A stretch of 64,000 nucleotides of DNA, taken from Lama guanicoe. Its lineage: Eukaryota. The stretch's first letter is position 1, and each line of letters begins with the position of its first letter. The stretch covers positions 186,001 to 250,000 of the forward strand of contig MU053594.1 in the NCBI GenBank assembly GCA_013239625.1, in the 5' to 3' direction. Shown here piece after piece: positions 49,096 through 61,205 of the stretch. The translations under genes were made by a program, and so were the position numbers. The notes under the pieces are model-generated. The model saw only the letters and a program-made list of their open reading frames with translations, searched no databases and had not been told where the DNA came from.

Positions 49096-50113
49096 CTCGA
49101 CAGCTTTTTTTTTTTTTTTGGATACACTTCCTTTATTGAGCATGACAAACCAAAGCAAAACCAAAAAACCCCCCAAAAATATAAAAATCCAGGGTGCCAG
49201 AAGTACAAACTCAATTCATTCAAATTCAAGCTGGTCCAGACCCTGGTCACAAGCCCTCGTGAGGTGCACGTGAGCACCAAGCTGGGGAGGGGGGACAGGA
49301 GTGAGGCCAAGAAACAGTGGGCAGGGGATCCCCCACACGCCCCTGAGTGATCACCCTGATGCAGGAACCTCCACCCTCTCAGTGACGATGAAGACCTGCC
49401 AGGCCCTGTCCCTTTCACCCCCACCCCACCCACGGCCAGGGCATCGAAGGCCAGTCCCAAATGGTTCTACCCTCCCTTGCTCCGTCCTCACTTACTCAGG
49501 CTTCTAGCCTCAGTCTCCTCCTCCTCCACGTTCTTCAGTGATTAGCAGGTTAGGGTACTGAATAAGCCGCAGTGAGGGGGCCCCGGTGGGCAGGGTGGAG
49601 ACGGGGTGAAGAGGGGAGGAGAAGAGCTGTCCAGGCACCCCCTCTCTTCACGGAATCCCAAACTGCACAACCAGCTCCTCTTCGGTGTTCACACGGATCC
49701 GAAAAAGTGCACTGTAGGCGTAAGCGGCTCTCCTGGAGACCTGCTGCAAGTCAGAGAAGGGGGCGGGCTCGCTGGCCGGCACCTGGTGGCAGCTTCCTGC
49801 AGGGGGTCCGGCTGCTGCTTAGCACAGCCAGGTGGCGGTTGTACTGCCTTGTCTGGTCCATGTACTCAGGCTGCTCCACGCCCTGGGTGTCTGCAGCAGA
49901 CACGTCGATGATGCTGCGGGCTGTCGTGGCGAGGATGGAGGAGAGCAGCGCCTGCTCGTGTGCGCGAGCCGAAGGCAGGCCATGGTGGCTGCGCTCGGCT
50001 CCAATGAGGGCTTTGGTAGGGGCGCTGCTGGAGTCCATCTGCGGCTTCCGCTCCTCTTGGTCCTGGTCCGAGTCTGCGCTCTCGCTGCTGGAGCAGCACC
50101 CCCTCGACAGCTT
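49096..50113 (-). pseudogene. LAMTOR1: LAMTOR1 (Ragulator p18) processed pseudogene with 3' UTR, poly(A) and target-site duplication
   Basis: Intronless match [19 protein letters not shown]...[34 protein letters not shown]...KLPP, then after a frameshift near 49785 [45 protein letters not shown] (TGA at 49650-49648). No ATG. AATAAA at 49137-49132, poly(A) at 49119-49105, and direct repeat ctcgacagctt at 49096-49106 and 50103-50113. Confidence 0.95.
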
Positions 50114-50489
50114 CCTGTTCACCCTTCTTCCTGAATCCACTTTTCTTTAGCTCCCTCTTCCACTGGACACCAGCTCCTTGGTGACAAAGATGATGGTGGG
50201 GTTTACTTTTGTATGTGCAGTACTTGGCATGTGGTAAAGTTGAGATCTTGTTTGTAGTGGGAAAGCAGCATGCCTGCTGGGGGAGGCAGATGGGAGGGCA
50301 TCGTAATGTGGACCTCTCCAAGCTTTTGAGGAATTAAAAAAAGGACTGGTTGAGAACACTGTTAAGCCACTGATCATGTCGTCCTCCACTTTCTCCTTTG
50401 TCCCATAAATCCCCAGGGTAACAAAAAAGCTGAGAACTTGGGCTCTGATTTACTCACACAAGTCTGTGTTCAAAGACCACCTCCCATTT

Positions 50490-50660
50490 CCTAGATCCTG
50501 GGTGATTTTTGGTCCACTACTTAAACTCTCCGAGCTGCACTGTCCTCACCTGTAAACTGGGGACAATTATGGTGTCCACCTCACTAGAGCTGCTAGGAGG
50601 ATGCTCAAGGGGTACCTGGCCACAATAAAAGATCCGAAAATGTTAGCTATTATTAGCAAT
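50490..50660 (+). mobile_element. MIR SINE
   Basis: ctacttaaactctccgagc...cctcacctgtaaactggggacaattatgg...aaatgttagctattatt. Confidence 0.6.
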
Positions 50661-50768
50661 GATGTCTGGTTCTCTCTCCCTCCTGCCCCTGACAAAATGC
50701 CTTATTATAAATATTTGGGGTAAGGTGTTGTGAGAAAAAACGTTAAATCTCTTTAAAAGAATGAAGTT

Positions 50769-50939
50769 GGGGGGAAGAGGGGAGGGTATATAGCTCAGTG
50801 TACAGTGTGTGCTTAACATGCACGAGGTCCTGGGTTCAATCCCCAGGTCCTCTATTAAAATAAATAAGTATGCAAATAAACCTAATCACTCCTCCTTCCC
50901 TAAAAAGTAACAACAAAAAAAGTAATAAAAAATTTTTTT
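50769..50939 (+). mobile_element. tRNA-derived SINE, camelid Vic-1-like
   Basis: ggggagggtatatagctcagtg (A box ~50791), gcttaacatgcacgaggtcctgGGTTCAATCCC (B box 50833-50843), tail taaaataaataa...aaataaacctaatcactcctcc and an A-rich end; TSD aaagaatgaag at 50756-50766 and 50940-50950. Confidence 0.85.
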
Positions 50940-53581
50940 AAAGAATGAAGGGGATATGTGCAAGCACATTTGACGGGTCCTTTATGGTTGGATTACCACA
51001 TTCTGTTGATTCCTACTTTGTGGTTGACTTTATTCCTTTGATAACCATGTAAGTATAAAAAGCTAAAGCTCTAATCTGTTCTTAGCAACAATGATCATAT
51101 TTTTTGTAAAGTATGTAATTATATAAAAAATAAAAAATATTTATATATGTCAACTAAAAATATGCGCAGGATACTGTACACATGTATTTACATGCAATAT
51201 GATGTATATGTGCAGTCAAACTGTAATAATTCCACCTAATTAAACTGGAAAATGAATTTTAAAAACTAAAAAAAAGGAACGAAGGGGGACCTGTGATTAC
51301 TGACATACTGGTAGCTGCGTGCATCTGTGTGTAGCCCTGTTCTCCGACTCTTGTTTCATTTATTCAGCTGGGATGGGGCAAGTAGGGGAAGGGAGAGCGA
51401 GGCAGGGAGCGCAAGGGGGTGGTGTTCATTCTCACCTCGGAGCATGACGTGTTTATCAGCGTGTAGGTCCGCTAAGCGCAGCAGCCTGGTTTCCTTGAGT
51501 TAAATAGCGGTCATGCCCAACTGGCTCTCCATGTACCATTACTCCAAGTGATTGAGCCAATTTCTCCCTCTGCCATGAGTTTAAGTTGTAAACCTCTCAG
51601 CCAGATAGGGAGGCAGTGATGGGCTGCCTGTTGTGATTATTATTAACCTTTAGGATGGCGCTCACGAGCCCAGGGGGTCTGCGGAGAAACCCAGGAGGGG
51701 CAGGTGCGACTGTAGACTCCCACCCACCCACTTCCACCCTGTCTGCGCGTGTTGCTCACTTTGGCCTTGGAAAGAGGCTCCAGTCCACCAGCCTGGGGTG
51801 AGTCATCGCTTGTGCCAGGGTAGGGGGGAATGGTGGTGAAGTGGTTGGATGTCTTCTGTTGCATTTGGCTGGGGGTGGGAAGGGGCATTGTGGGAAAGCT
51901 GCAGAAGTCTTGTTCTAGGGGTGCCCTGATATTCACAACTTTTTTTTAACAGTCAGAGGCTAAGTTACCCAGCTGTAACCTGCAGAGGCAGTTGCTAGCT
52001 AGCTCACCCAGACCATTTCTGTTTAGCATAATTATACTGGAGACCAAGAGTCACAGAGGGCGGCAGGGCTGGAAGACAGTGATAAGCAAGCTGTCTCTCT
52101 CCCAGTCCATATTTCTTTCCTTTTCCTTAAAGGGACCTTCTTCCTTGTTAATGAATCATGAATGGGCAGGGATGACAGACCTCTGAATGTGGGCAGCTTG
52201 TTTTGCTTTTCTGAACAATTCAGTCTGTGCAGAATCTCTTAAGAAGAGAGGAGGCCACACCCGGAGCCTTGGGTGTTTGCGTGGCTTCTTTGTTACAAAT
52301 CCAAGTGTACCTGTGATCCCTTACGGGGTGAAATATGTAGTCAAAGAAAATCTAATTCTGCCCTCAGAAGGTTATACTCCAATAACCAAGGCTGGAATCA
52401 GAAGGGGCAGGTGGGGGCGAGGGTTGTATAATTGCTTCATTTTTTCCCCCAAAATAAAAGGGGGTAGGGAAGGGAGGGGGCATCTGAGTAGACAGGCACC
52501 ACCCTGAACTTGCTTGTGAGCAAAGATAACAGAGTAACCAAAGAAACCCGCATCTGACCTCTCCATTTCCTCTGATTTTGTTAAGCCCCTTCCCACAGTC
52601 TCTTGGAGAGAGGGCCCTGCCAACAGGATGATAAACTGTAGTTCATGTGGAATGAATGTGATTTAATAGGCTTAAACAGATTAAGTCATGCCTTCGATTT
52701 ATTTTTGCCATGGCATGGATCGAATACTGCTTGCAGAGTAATCACTAGTAACCCAGGGTGCTGGCCCGCCACACACATCTTCTCCTTTACTCCCCCAGAT
52801 AATCCCATGAGGTGGGTACTGTTATTATTCCCATTGTACAGCTAAGGAAACTAAGAGAGAAAAAAAAAGCAGCCTTCTTTTGGCCACACAGTTAACAAGA
52901 GGCGACCAGCTCCCAAACTCCAGGGGCCACACTTGGACCCACTGCCGTGAATTCCACCGCTTTGGATTAATTTCCATTCCTGGTGGCAGAGTCATGTCTT
53001 CATCAACAGAAGGGAAGGAGGCGGACTGAAGCAGATTTGTAAACCACTGAGATTTTCTCATCTAACCACCAGGCCATTAGAAGTCGATGGAGCGAGGGGG
53101 CTCTGGGACCCTCACACACTTGCTGAGGAGCAAGAGTGCAGGTCTGCTAGCAAGCTGTCCCCACGGCCAGAGTTTCTTCACAATTCCCTACAAACACCAA
53201 GGAAAAAGCAGTTTTCCAGGATAACCCACTGGGGAAGCAGAAGAGGAAAAGTTGGAGAGGAGTTTTACCAAGGAACATCCTCTGTAGTGACAGAATTTAG
53301 GAGAAGCTCTCCAAGCAGGAATCAAGAGAAGGGAGCCCAGTCCCAGAAGAAAGTGATTAAAGGACTCTGAACACGCTGGTTGTAAGGAGATGGTACGCCC
53401 TGATCTTCTTCTTCCACATCCTGCCTCTTCTAGGTTGAAGGGAGGAAATGAGGCAGTGAGCTAATACAAAATATAGGTAGAGCTGTTACATTTATTTTAA
53501 ATGAGGACCCACCAGGTCCTTCTTCCCATTCATATGCATTAGACATGACTAGAAGGCAAGACTGTTCACTTTTATAAGAGT

Positions 53582-54283
53582 ACTTTTTTGGTTTCAATTG
53601 AGGTATAGTCAGTTTACAATGTTGTGTCAATTTCTGGTGTACAGCATAAGTTTCAGGCATACATATATGTACATATATTCCTTTTCATATTCTTTTTCAT
53701 TTTAGTTACTACAAGATGTTGAATACTGCACTATACAGTAGAAACTTCTTGTTTATCTATTTTATATATAGTAATTAGTATCTGCAAATCTTGATCTCCC
53801 AGTTTATCCCTTCCCACCCCTTTCCACCCAGATAACCATAAATTTGTTTTCTATGTCTGTGAGTTTCTTTCTGTTTTGTAAAGAAGTTTATTTGTGTCTT
53901 TTTTTAAGGTTCCACCTATGAGTGATAGCATATGGTATTTTTCTTTCTCTCTCTGGCTTACTTCACTTAAAATGATGACCTGCAGTTCCGTCCATATTGC
54001 TGTAAATGAGATTATTTTATTATTTTTTATGGCTGAGTAGTATTCCATTGTATAAATATACCACAACTTCTTTATCCAGGCCTCTGTCAATGGACATTTA
54101 GGTTGCTTCCATGTCTTGGTTATTGTAAATTGTGCTGCTATGAACATTGGGGTGCAGGTGGCTTTTTGAATTACAGTTTCCTCCACATATATGCCCAGGA
54201 GTGGGATTGCTGGATCATGGGGCAAGTCTATTTTTAGTTTTTTAACACATCTCCGTATCGATTTCCTTAATGGCTGCACCAAA
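53582..54283 (-). mobile_element. 5'-truncated L1 (ORF2 C-terminus plus 3' UTR)
   Basis: ORF 53851..54282 translates as the L1 ORF2 C-terminus (DPAIPLLGIY...CTPMFIAAQFTITKTWKQPKCP...WIKKLWYIYTMEYYSAIK...LSEVSQREKEKYHM), followed by an artiodactyl-type L1 3' UTR. Confidence 0.93.
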
Positions 54284-55924
54284 ATATAGTTAGCTTCTTG
54301 ATGATCAAAGTAGAGTTTAGACCATCAAATAATGGTTGCCCTCCTCAAAATGCCTGATAGACTCAATACTGAAACATCATCTAGTTCAGTCTCACCATTT
54401 TACAGGAGAAGAAGCAGAGCGGAGGGGCAGAAGCCATACATTCAGTTGGAGCCAGGACTTGAGACCAGAGCCCTTTCCTTGAAGAATGAAATTGAAGTCA
54501 CTGAATGGCACTGAAGCCATTCAGTCATTCTTGGAAATCTTGTGAAATTCCCTGGAAAATCTCTCTGTTTCAGCTTCTCCAGCTGTCAAATGGGCATGAC
54601 AACAGCGCCCACCTCGTGGGGATGCAGAGCAGCGATCTTGTCGAAGTCTTCGGTTATGGCATATCTTACTCATAGAGGGAAGGCTCGATTTTCAAAACAA
54701 GCTCAACAAGGTGGTGAAGGTAGAGAAGAAAATTTGAGGTCAGAACTGGTGGGAGTGGAGAGCAGTGAGGCTGAGATTCCCCTGTGGCTCAGGAGCCAGC
54801 AATAATAGTCATATAGTTGTAAGAAGTGTGTCATCTTTCCCAATGTGCCCAGTTAGAAGCATGTAATATACATCTGGAGATACATTCTCTGTATCTGCGT
54901 GTGTGTTTGCATATTTATACACACACATATATATCCATTCTGACATAGTTTGAAATTGATCCTGTTGTTTGAGAGTCATGATTCCTGTATGCACAATCCA
55001 TGAACGTGTTCCTTTGGGGATTCATAATGGTGGCAGTCCTATGGAGAAGCAGTGCGTGCCATGCCGTCTGGGGTTTGGAATCAGACTAGGTGGGTCTCAA
55101 ACCCAGATCTGTCATTTAGTAGTGATGCAAAATTTGGCAGATTGCTTGACTCAAATCTTGGTTTCCTCCTCTGTATAATGAAGACGCCTGAGGTCCCTGT
55201 GACTTCAAAGACTTTAAGGAGCTTGGCCAAGAGCTCACAGTTCATAAGGGACAGAACTGGGAGGTAAACCTAGGTATACTGGCTTCCCCGGACTGCCTCT
55301 TTCCTGGACACCCCTCTGCCTGCACCCCAAGCTTAGGGAAGCTGAGGGCAATTCCCTATGGTCAGGAAGATGAGAGAGGAGGTCTGTACCCTGCCCAGTC
55401 TTTTCTTTTCAAAGCCATCTTTTATACCCTGTGTGAAAGAAGCAAATAGGTTAAGACTGTTTATGATTCTAGTGATATATATGTTAGACTTCAGCTGAAA
55501 AAAAAAAAACCCTCTCCCATTTCCTCACTTATGTCTAAAATTAAAATGCCAAAAATGTTACCAGGAAGAGAAATTTGGTGAAAAGCAGGAAAGACTATAA
55601 ATCGACTGTAGAGTCTACTGTAAATCATGGGCTTCTCTGGTTTCTGAAATAAAGCCCCATTCCATAGGAGCGCCAGCCATCAGAGGCGAATTTCTCTCAA
55701 GAGAAAGCATTCAAATAAACTGTACCAATATCTGTGTGGAAGCTCTTTTCAAAGACTTAATATTTCGTCTTTCTAGAAAGAGAATGTTCTATGTTCTGAG
55801 TTTCCTGCCTATTGAGTGCCTTCAGTAACAAAGAAAAAAAGTAGCCATGAAGAATGGTAACTTTTTTCCTCCTTCAGTATCTCTTTGGAACATTGTGGAA
55901 TGTTGTTGATTTTCTGTTAGGCAA

Positions 55925-56080
55925 GATTGGAGAGAGAGCATGGTGAAATCAGAAGAACTCTGTTTTCCAGTCAGAAGACCTGGATTCGAGGGCAGCTTTG
56001 CCAGACACTTCCTGTGTAACCCTAGGCAAGTCACTTAACCTCTCTGTGCTTCACTGTTCTCCTCTGTAAGAATGGAGATA
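55925..56080 (+). mobile_element. MIR SINE
   Basis: agacctggattcgag...gtgtaaccctaggcaagtcacttaacctctctgtgcttcactgttctcctctgtaagaatggag core. Confidence 0.7.
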
Positions 56081-56799
56081 TTGTATGGAAAAGATCTCTG
56101 GCCATTTAAAAATGTTTGCTCTCTGAGAAGAGCCCTAACACTTGTCCCTAATCGACTGCCTGACTATGAGCAGGTTACTTCCCTCTCCTCGGGGCCTCAG
56201 TTCCCCTGTGGAGAACATGAAAGTATTGGACTTTTATTGCCAAGCCACCTCTAGCTACGAGATCTCTCATACTCCGTGAACCCTATCAGCTACACTGAAA
56301 TTAGGTGCCAGCACCTTCTGACCGGGAGAAGGGATGATGTGGGTGCATTTAGGGGAGAGGTCTGTCTGGATTGTTCCTTCCCATCAAGAGGGAACCCAGG
56401 TGTTGGGGAACCTGCTGCCTCCTCATGGGAGCAGGCAAAATGGAGAACAAACCAGGCTTTGGTTTGGGCAGGAAATGGTAAGGTGCCTCTGTCAGTAATG
56501 GCTGTCTGTGGGTTCTAGAAAGGAAAGGAAACATCAGTGGTGAAGCTGTAGCCAGGTCAGAGAGGAAGGAGTGGGGGAGGGAGGCAGGTAGCTATGGGAG
56601 TGTTTGGCTGACCCAAATAAGGCATCCTTGGTACAGAGAGGCAGATGGAGAGTTAGATACAGATACAGATACCCATATAGATATGCTGCTTTGAATCAGG
56701 CCTAGGAACACATTTGATCTTCTCTTGTTCAGAAAATCCTGCCCCAAACCCTGTACAGTTGACCCAAAGCAGATGACATAATGAAAGGTTGCTAGCTAG

Positions 56800-57210
56800 T
56801 TCCTACCCCAGGGCCTTTGCACTTGATGTCTCCCCTCCATCCCCTCCCACACCCTTGCAAGCCTTCCTCCCATCACGCAACGCACTTGTTTCCACTTTAA
56901 GATCTCGAACAGCACTTCCGGCAGAGAAATCCTCCCTGCCACTGCCTTATCTGGAGCTGCCTCCTGCCCCCTGGGTCCTTTGCCCTGTTTTATTGTTTTC
57001 ATGGCACTTGTTACTGCCAGAAATTGTTTCCTTTGTTTATCTGACCTGCCTGTTTATTTCCTGGCTCCCCTCCCCGGAGCCCCCTTCTACATAGCGTAAG
57101 CTTCACGAGGGCAGAGGGCTGGACTCTTTCTTTCAGGTTGTTGTATCCAAAGCACCAGGAGGATGCTGGTACAAAGTAGGCTTCCAATAAATATTTGTTC
57201 AAAGAGTGAA
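56800..57210 (+). mobile_element. L2 LINE 3' fragment
   Basis: cccagggcctttgcacttgatgt...gtaagcttcacgagggcag...ctggtacaaagtaggcttccaataaatatttgttcaa, L2 3' end. Confidence 0.7.
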
Positions 57211-59019
57211 AGAACGAAACAAGAAATGTGCTTCTGCTTTTCTTGTTGTTGTTCTCCCCAGAAAGACTTTTGAAACAGACAGATAGCTTGTTCCTGACAA
57301 TGAGAGGGTCATGCCTAAGTAATTAACAGCCAGGCAGAGATGAGGCGTCTGTCCTTCCGCAGGCTCTGAGGTCGCGGGACCGACGGCATGGCAGTTATGC
57401 TTACTGACACCACTTCCGGAAGAAACCTCCTTGTGCATCGTGGTGTCCCCACACTCTAAGGCTGTGCCCACCAAGGAGAAGGCAGGACGCGTGACAGTGC
57501 CTGGAATGTGTACAGCTCTTTTGCCTCATTTTACCGTTTCTTAAGTGAGGGTAACGGAACTCCTGAGGCTCAACAGCTTGACTGAGATCAACCAGTCAGG
57601 GTGACCTTGGATCCAGGTCACCCTGCAGCAGATGCTCTTGCCTCTGCCTTTAACCATCTACAAACGAACACAGGTTTGCCAGCTCCCCACACCCGCCCCC
57701 CAGTGGAGATGGGGCCGGGAATAATAGGTTTCTTAGCAGAGCCAGGACCAGAGGGAGGCGGGGGAGTCACGGAAAACAGGTACAGAGTTTATGGAGGCAT
57801 CACTCTCCTGGCTTCTGCAGGAGTCTAAGAGATGCCTCGTTAAATTTTGTACCTCGGGCAGCATGCTTGCCCCTTCTAGTCCTGGCCCTGCTCATTGGAA
57901 CTTCCTGTGAATTTTATGTCCCTTTCTCTCTCTGTCATGTAATCCTTCTTTGTCTAGAAATATCATCAGAATAACGAGAGGGCGGATTGCTCTTGGGAAG
58001 GATTTGGCTCTCTTTGCCAGCGAGCTTCTAGCCACCTCTTGGCAACCTCCCCTCCAAATGGCCACTGCAGTTATTTGTCTAAAGGACCAGTCTGTCACTC
58101 CCCGACTGCAAACCCTTCAGCACCACTTCTCATGGCCTACATTTTTTTTTAAAGGCCTAAACTACCAGGCATGGTCTTTATGACCTTCACACCTCGGTGC
58201 CATCCTGCCTCAGAAATATTGTCATGATTTCACAGCTTGGGATGGGCTGTGCCTTCTGCCTAGGGACCCCTCCCTGTCTGTCCAGGCCAAAATCATTCGC
58301 CCTTCAAAGTCTAACTCCAAGGTCACTTACGCTTAAGATGGCTCAAGACTTGGAGCAAAGCTGATGTGAACCCAGCTCAGCACGGGTGGCCAGAGGGGTC
58401 CCTGATCTAGGAGGTGAGTGCAAGGCAGAGGGTTGGGATCTAGAAAGCCAGCTAGCCAGGGCCTCCCAGGACTCCTCCCCACACTCTCCGCACTGAAGGG
58501 GTCTGTGTCGGGAAGCTGACCGCCAGTCCTCAGCCCGGGTAACGCTGACTTTATAGCCGGGCTAAGTGTGACTCCAGGCTTTGAACTAACTTGTTAATAT
58601 CTGCCTGTGACAATGTGGATTACCCAGTTCTTGGTAATGAAACCAGGTTCCCAAGTGCCCTGGGGCTTCCCCATTCATCCAGGGCCCATTTTTAGACTTT
58701 GCCCTTTGGCATCAGTCTTCCCAGGCTGCCAGGGTGAGGGATGTTGAACTGGTTAAGCCCCGCCTCCCGCCTGGCTCTCCTCCCCATCCCCCACTTTTGA
58801 TCTAAGTTCTCTTGTGTTTGTTTCCCTTCCTCCTCTGTGTCTAACTTTTCTGTCTTCTTTGCATGATCTTGAGAATCAATCCAAAGTCAGGCTGACATTT
58901 TGGCCCGATCTCCCCAAGGAGCTCAGATCTGAGACCTTTTTTCCTGGAAAGAAAATTAATGTATGTGTCGGTTTGAGAGAGGCTTAGAGAGGAAAGGATA
59001 TCCGTGCCTGCTGGATAAT

Positions 59020-59250
59020 AATAACCATAGCAATAATCAGTAATAATAATACCTCATTTGCTGAGCACTAATGACATAGTAACTGTGCTGAGTGCTTTTT
59101 TTTAATGCTTTTTCTCACTTAACCTTCTAAGTATGACTGCTGTGCACCCATTCTAAAGATGATCCCTATTATACCCACTTCCAAGTGAGAAAGTTGAGGC
59201 TCAGAGAGTTACATAAGTCGCCCGAGGTCAGACAGCTGGGAGGGCTGGTG
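59020..59250 (-). mobile_element. MIR SINE
   Basis: Reverse MIR: aataatacctcatttgctgagcacta...gtgagaaagttgaggctcagagagttacataagtcgcccgaggtcagacagct. Confidence 0.65.
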
Positions 59251-60169
59251 TCCAGGCTGGCCTTACCACCTGTAGCTCTCACTATTTGAGAGACCCTGAA
59301 CAAGCCACCCCCCTTGTCTGCGTCCCAGTTACATGGCATCTGTGCCAGAGGACTAGAAAGAGCTAGTGCCCCTAACTTCATAAGCTAGTTAGGCCAGTTG
59401 AACGGGATAAGGAATGTAAGGGGCTATGTTGTAAGTGTTAGTAATCGTCTTCATGACATCTGAGCTCCCCCCACCCCAAGATCTGGGATGGAACAGAATT
59501 ACAGAAGACACTGGGAATTCTTTTTCACATGTGAAAATTATTTATACTTTTCTTGTTCTGATTTGAACCTGTATCTTCTATTTTGAGAGATTATCTATCA
59601 TCCTTTAGCATCCAGGCTCTTTGGACAGACTGCGGGACTTTATACTTTTCAAAAGCTGTTTTTATTGGTGCCTGATGAGTACTGGGGCGTCAGGTAGGAC
59701 CCATCTATACCCCCCTTCTGCAGGCAGGAAAACTGAAATCAGAGTGGCTGTCAGGAGATGGCTCCGAGCAGGATCTCCTGACGTCTACTCTGGTCCTCTT
59801 TGCATTCCTTCAGTTTCTAGCCTAGGAGCCTGGGCAGGTGACAGTGTTGAGCGATGGGAGGGGCCCGAGGGTGGGGGTGGCAGCCCCTGGGCTCAGCTCT
59901 TTAGGACATCGGGATGTGCATAGGGCCCTCATAAACAGCATTTGTATAAAACTCTATGTGAGATGCGATGGTCTACTGTTGTTCTGCTATCATTTAAATG
60001 AGTGTTTTTAAACATTGAAAGTCTGTCATTTTCCCTTTGTGTTTTGGAGTCAGTGCGGGTTTCTGGGTGTCAAGCAGTCCAAAGAACTTTGGTGGCCCTG
60101 GGTACTCGGTCTGGAAGCTTCTGCACGAACAGCCCTGGGCAGAGTAACCAGGGCTTCTGCCTTCTCTTT

Positions 60170-60395
60170 CTGAGGTGGAGCTTTGGAGCTTTGGCCAGAC
60201 AGATCTGAGTTCAAATCCAGTCTCTGCCACTTACTAGCTGTGTCCTGGGCAAATTATTTAAACTTTCTGTGTCATCTGTAAAATGGAGAGAATAATGGCA
60301 TTTGTGTGGCTACTTTTCAATGTTTGAGTATGAGTTTTAATGTAACATATTAAGGTGTCTAGTCCAATGTAGTAAGTGCTCAATAATTGTAGTTG
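60170..60395 (+). mobile_element. MIR SINE
   Basis: ctttggccagacagatctgagttcaaatccagtctctgccacttactagctgtg...ctgggcaaatt...catctgtaaaatggagagaataat...gtaagtgctcaataat. Confidence 0.8.
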
Positions 60396-60893
60396 TTTTT
60401 TTTTTCAATAGGTTTTTTTTGTCCCCTAACCTAGTTGGCCTCCTGGAGGTGGCTCCCTGCAGGGCGGCCCCTCTGACCAGGTCTTTGTGAGAAGGGACAA
60501 TGGCCTGTAGGACTCACCCTGATCATGTCGGGAGGAGGGTGCTGGTGGAGGCCCAGGCAGTGGCCGGGTGCCGACCAGGTTAAACTCTAGGCCCTCAGAC
60601 CCCTCTCTCCTCTGACTGCCTTGGATCCTTCCATTCCATTGAGGGCCAGGTTGAGATCCAGAACCACATCCAGGAGGGCCCCAAGTGTAGTTTCCAGGAC
60701 CCCCCACAGTTGTCCCATACTGGGATGGAGGCCCGGCGTGTTTGTCCTGCCCCAGCTGCGGGGGTTGGTAACGGAATCCTAGGAATGGTTAGCATAAGAT
60801 GGGAGGAGAAAAGGAGGAAGCTGTATTTCTGAGAGTGAACTGACCAACTGGAAGAGTCCCAGGGTCTCTCTGCAGGTGAGAAGGGCACTCTAC

Positions 60894-60909
60894 AGCGCCC
60901 CCTGCTGGC
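60894..60909 (-). promoter_or_regulatory. CTCF-binding motif (consensus match)
   Basis: Minus strand reads GCCAGCAGGGGGCGCT, matching the CTCF core consensus. Confidence 0.65.
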
Positions 60910-61059
60910 TGTATGGGAGGACTGGTGTCCCTGTGAAGCATGAAGCCCGTCCTGGCCTATCTCCCTGGACCAGGCTGAAGTCAAGGTTGGGCAAAGAGCC
61001 CAGCCAAGGAGTTGGGGGGTTGGAAGGGAGGGACGGGCTCATCCGCTTGACAATTTCAG

Positions 61060-61205
61060 AATCACCTGGGGCAGATATCAAAAATGCCTGTTCCCGAACT
61101 CCACCCTAAAACCTCCCCAGACACTGTTTCTTAGGGTTGTGAGGCTCAGGAATCTGTATTTTTTTTAAAACAAATTTCCCCCAAATGCTTGAGGGTTAAG
61201 AATGG
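61060..61205. mobile_element. MER5-like hAT relic
   Basis: tcagaatcacctgggg...ctcaggaatctgtattttt...ccccaaatg motifs typical of MER5. Confidence 0.55.

Noticed and set aside
49751..50140. Intact 129-aa LAMTOR1-like protein
   Set aside because: The listed start is GTG in flanking DNA just after an in-frame TAA, the parental ATG is lost, and the frame shifts near 49785.
50769..50850. tRNA-Ala-like gene
   Set aside because: It has a SINE tail and TSDs, with a degenerate D arm and anticodon, so it is a tRNA-derived SINE rather than a tRNA.
53851..54282. 143-aa protein-coding gene
   Set aside because: It is the C-terminal remnant of L1 ORF2 in a truncated element.
55785..55797. TGTTCT-a-TGTTCT repeat as a hormone response element
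   Set aside because: A 1-nt spacer does not fit steroid-receptor dimer geometry.
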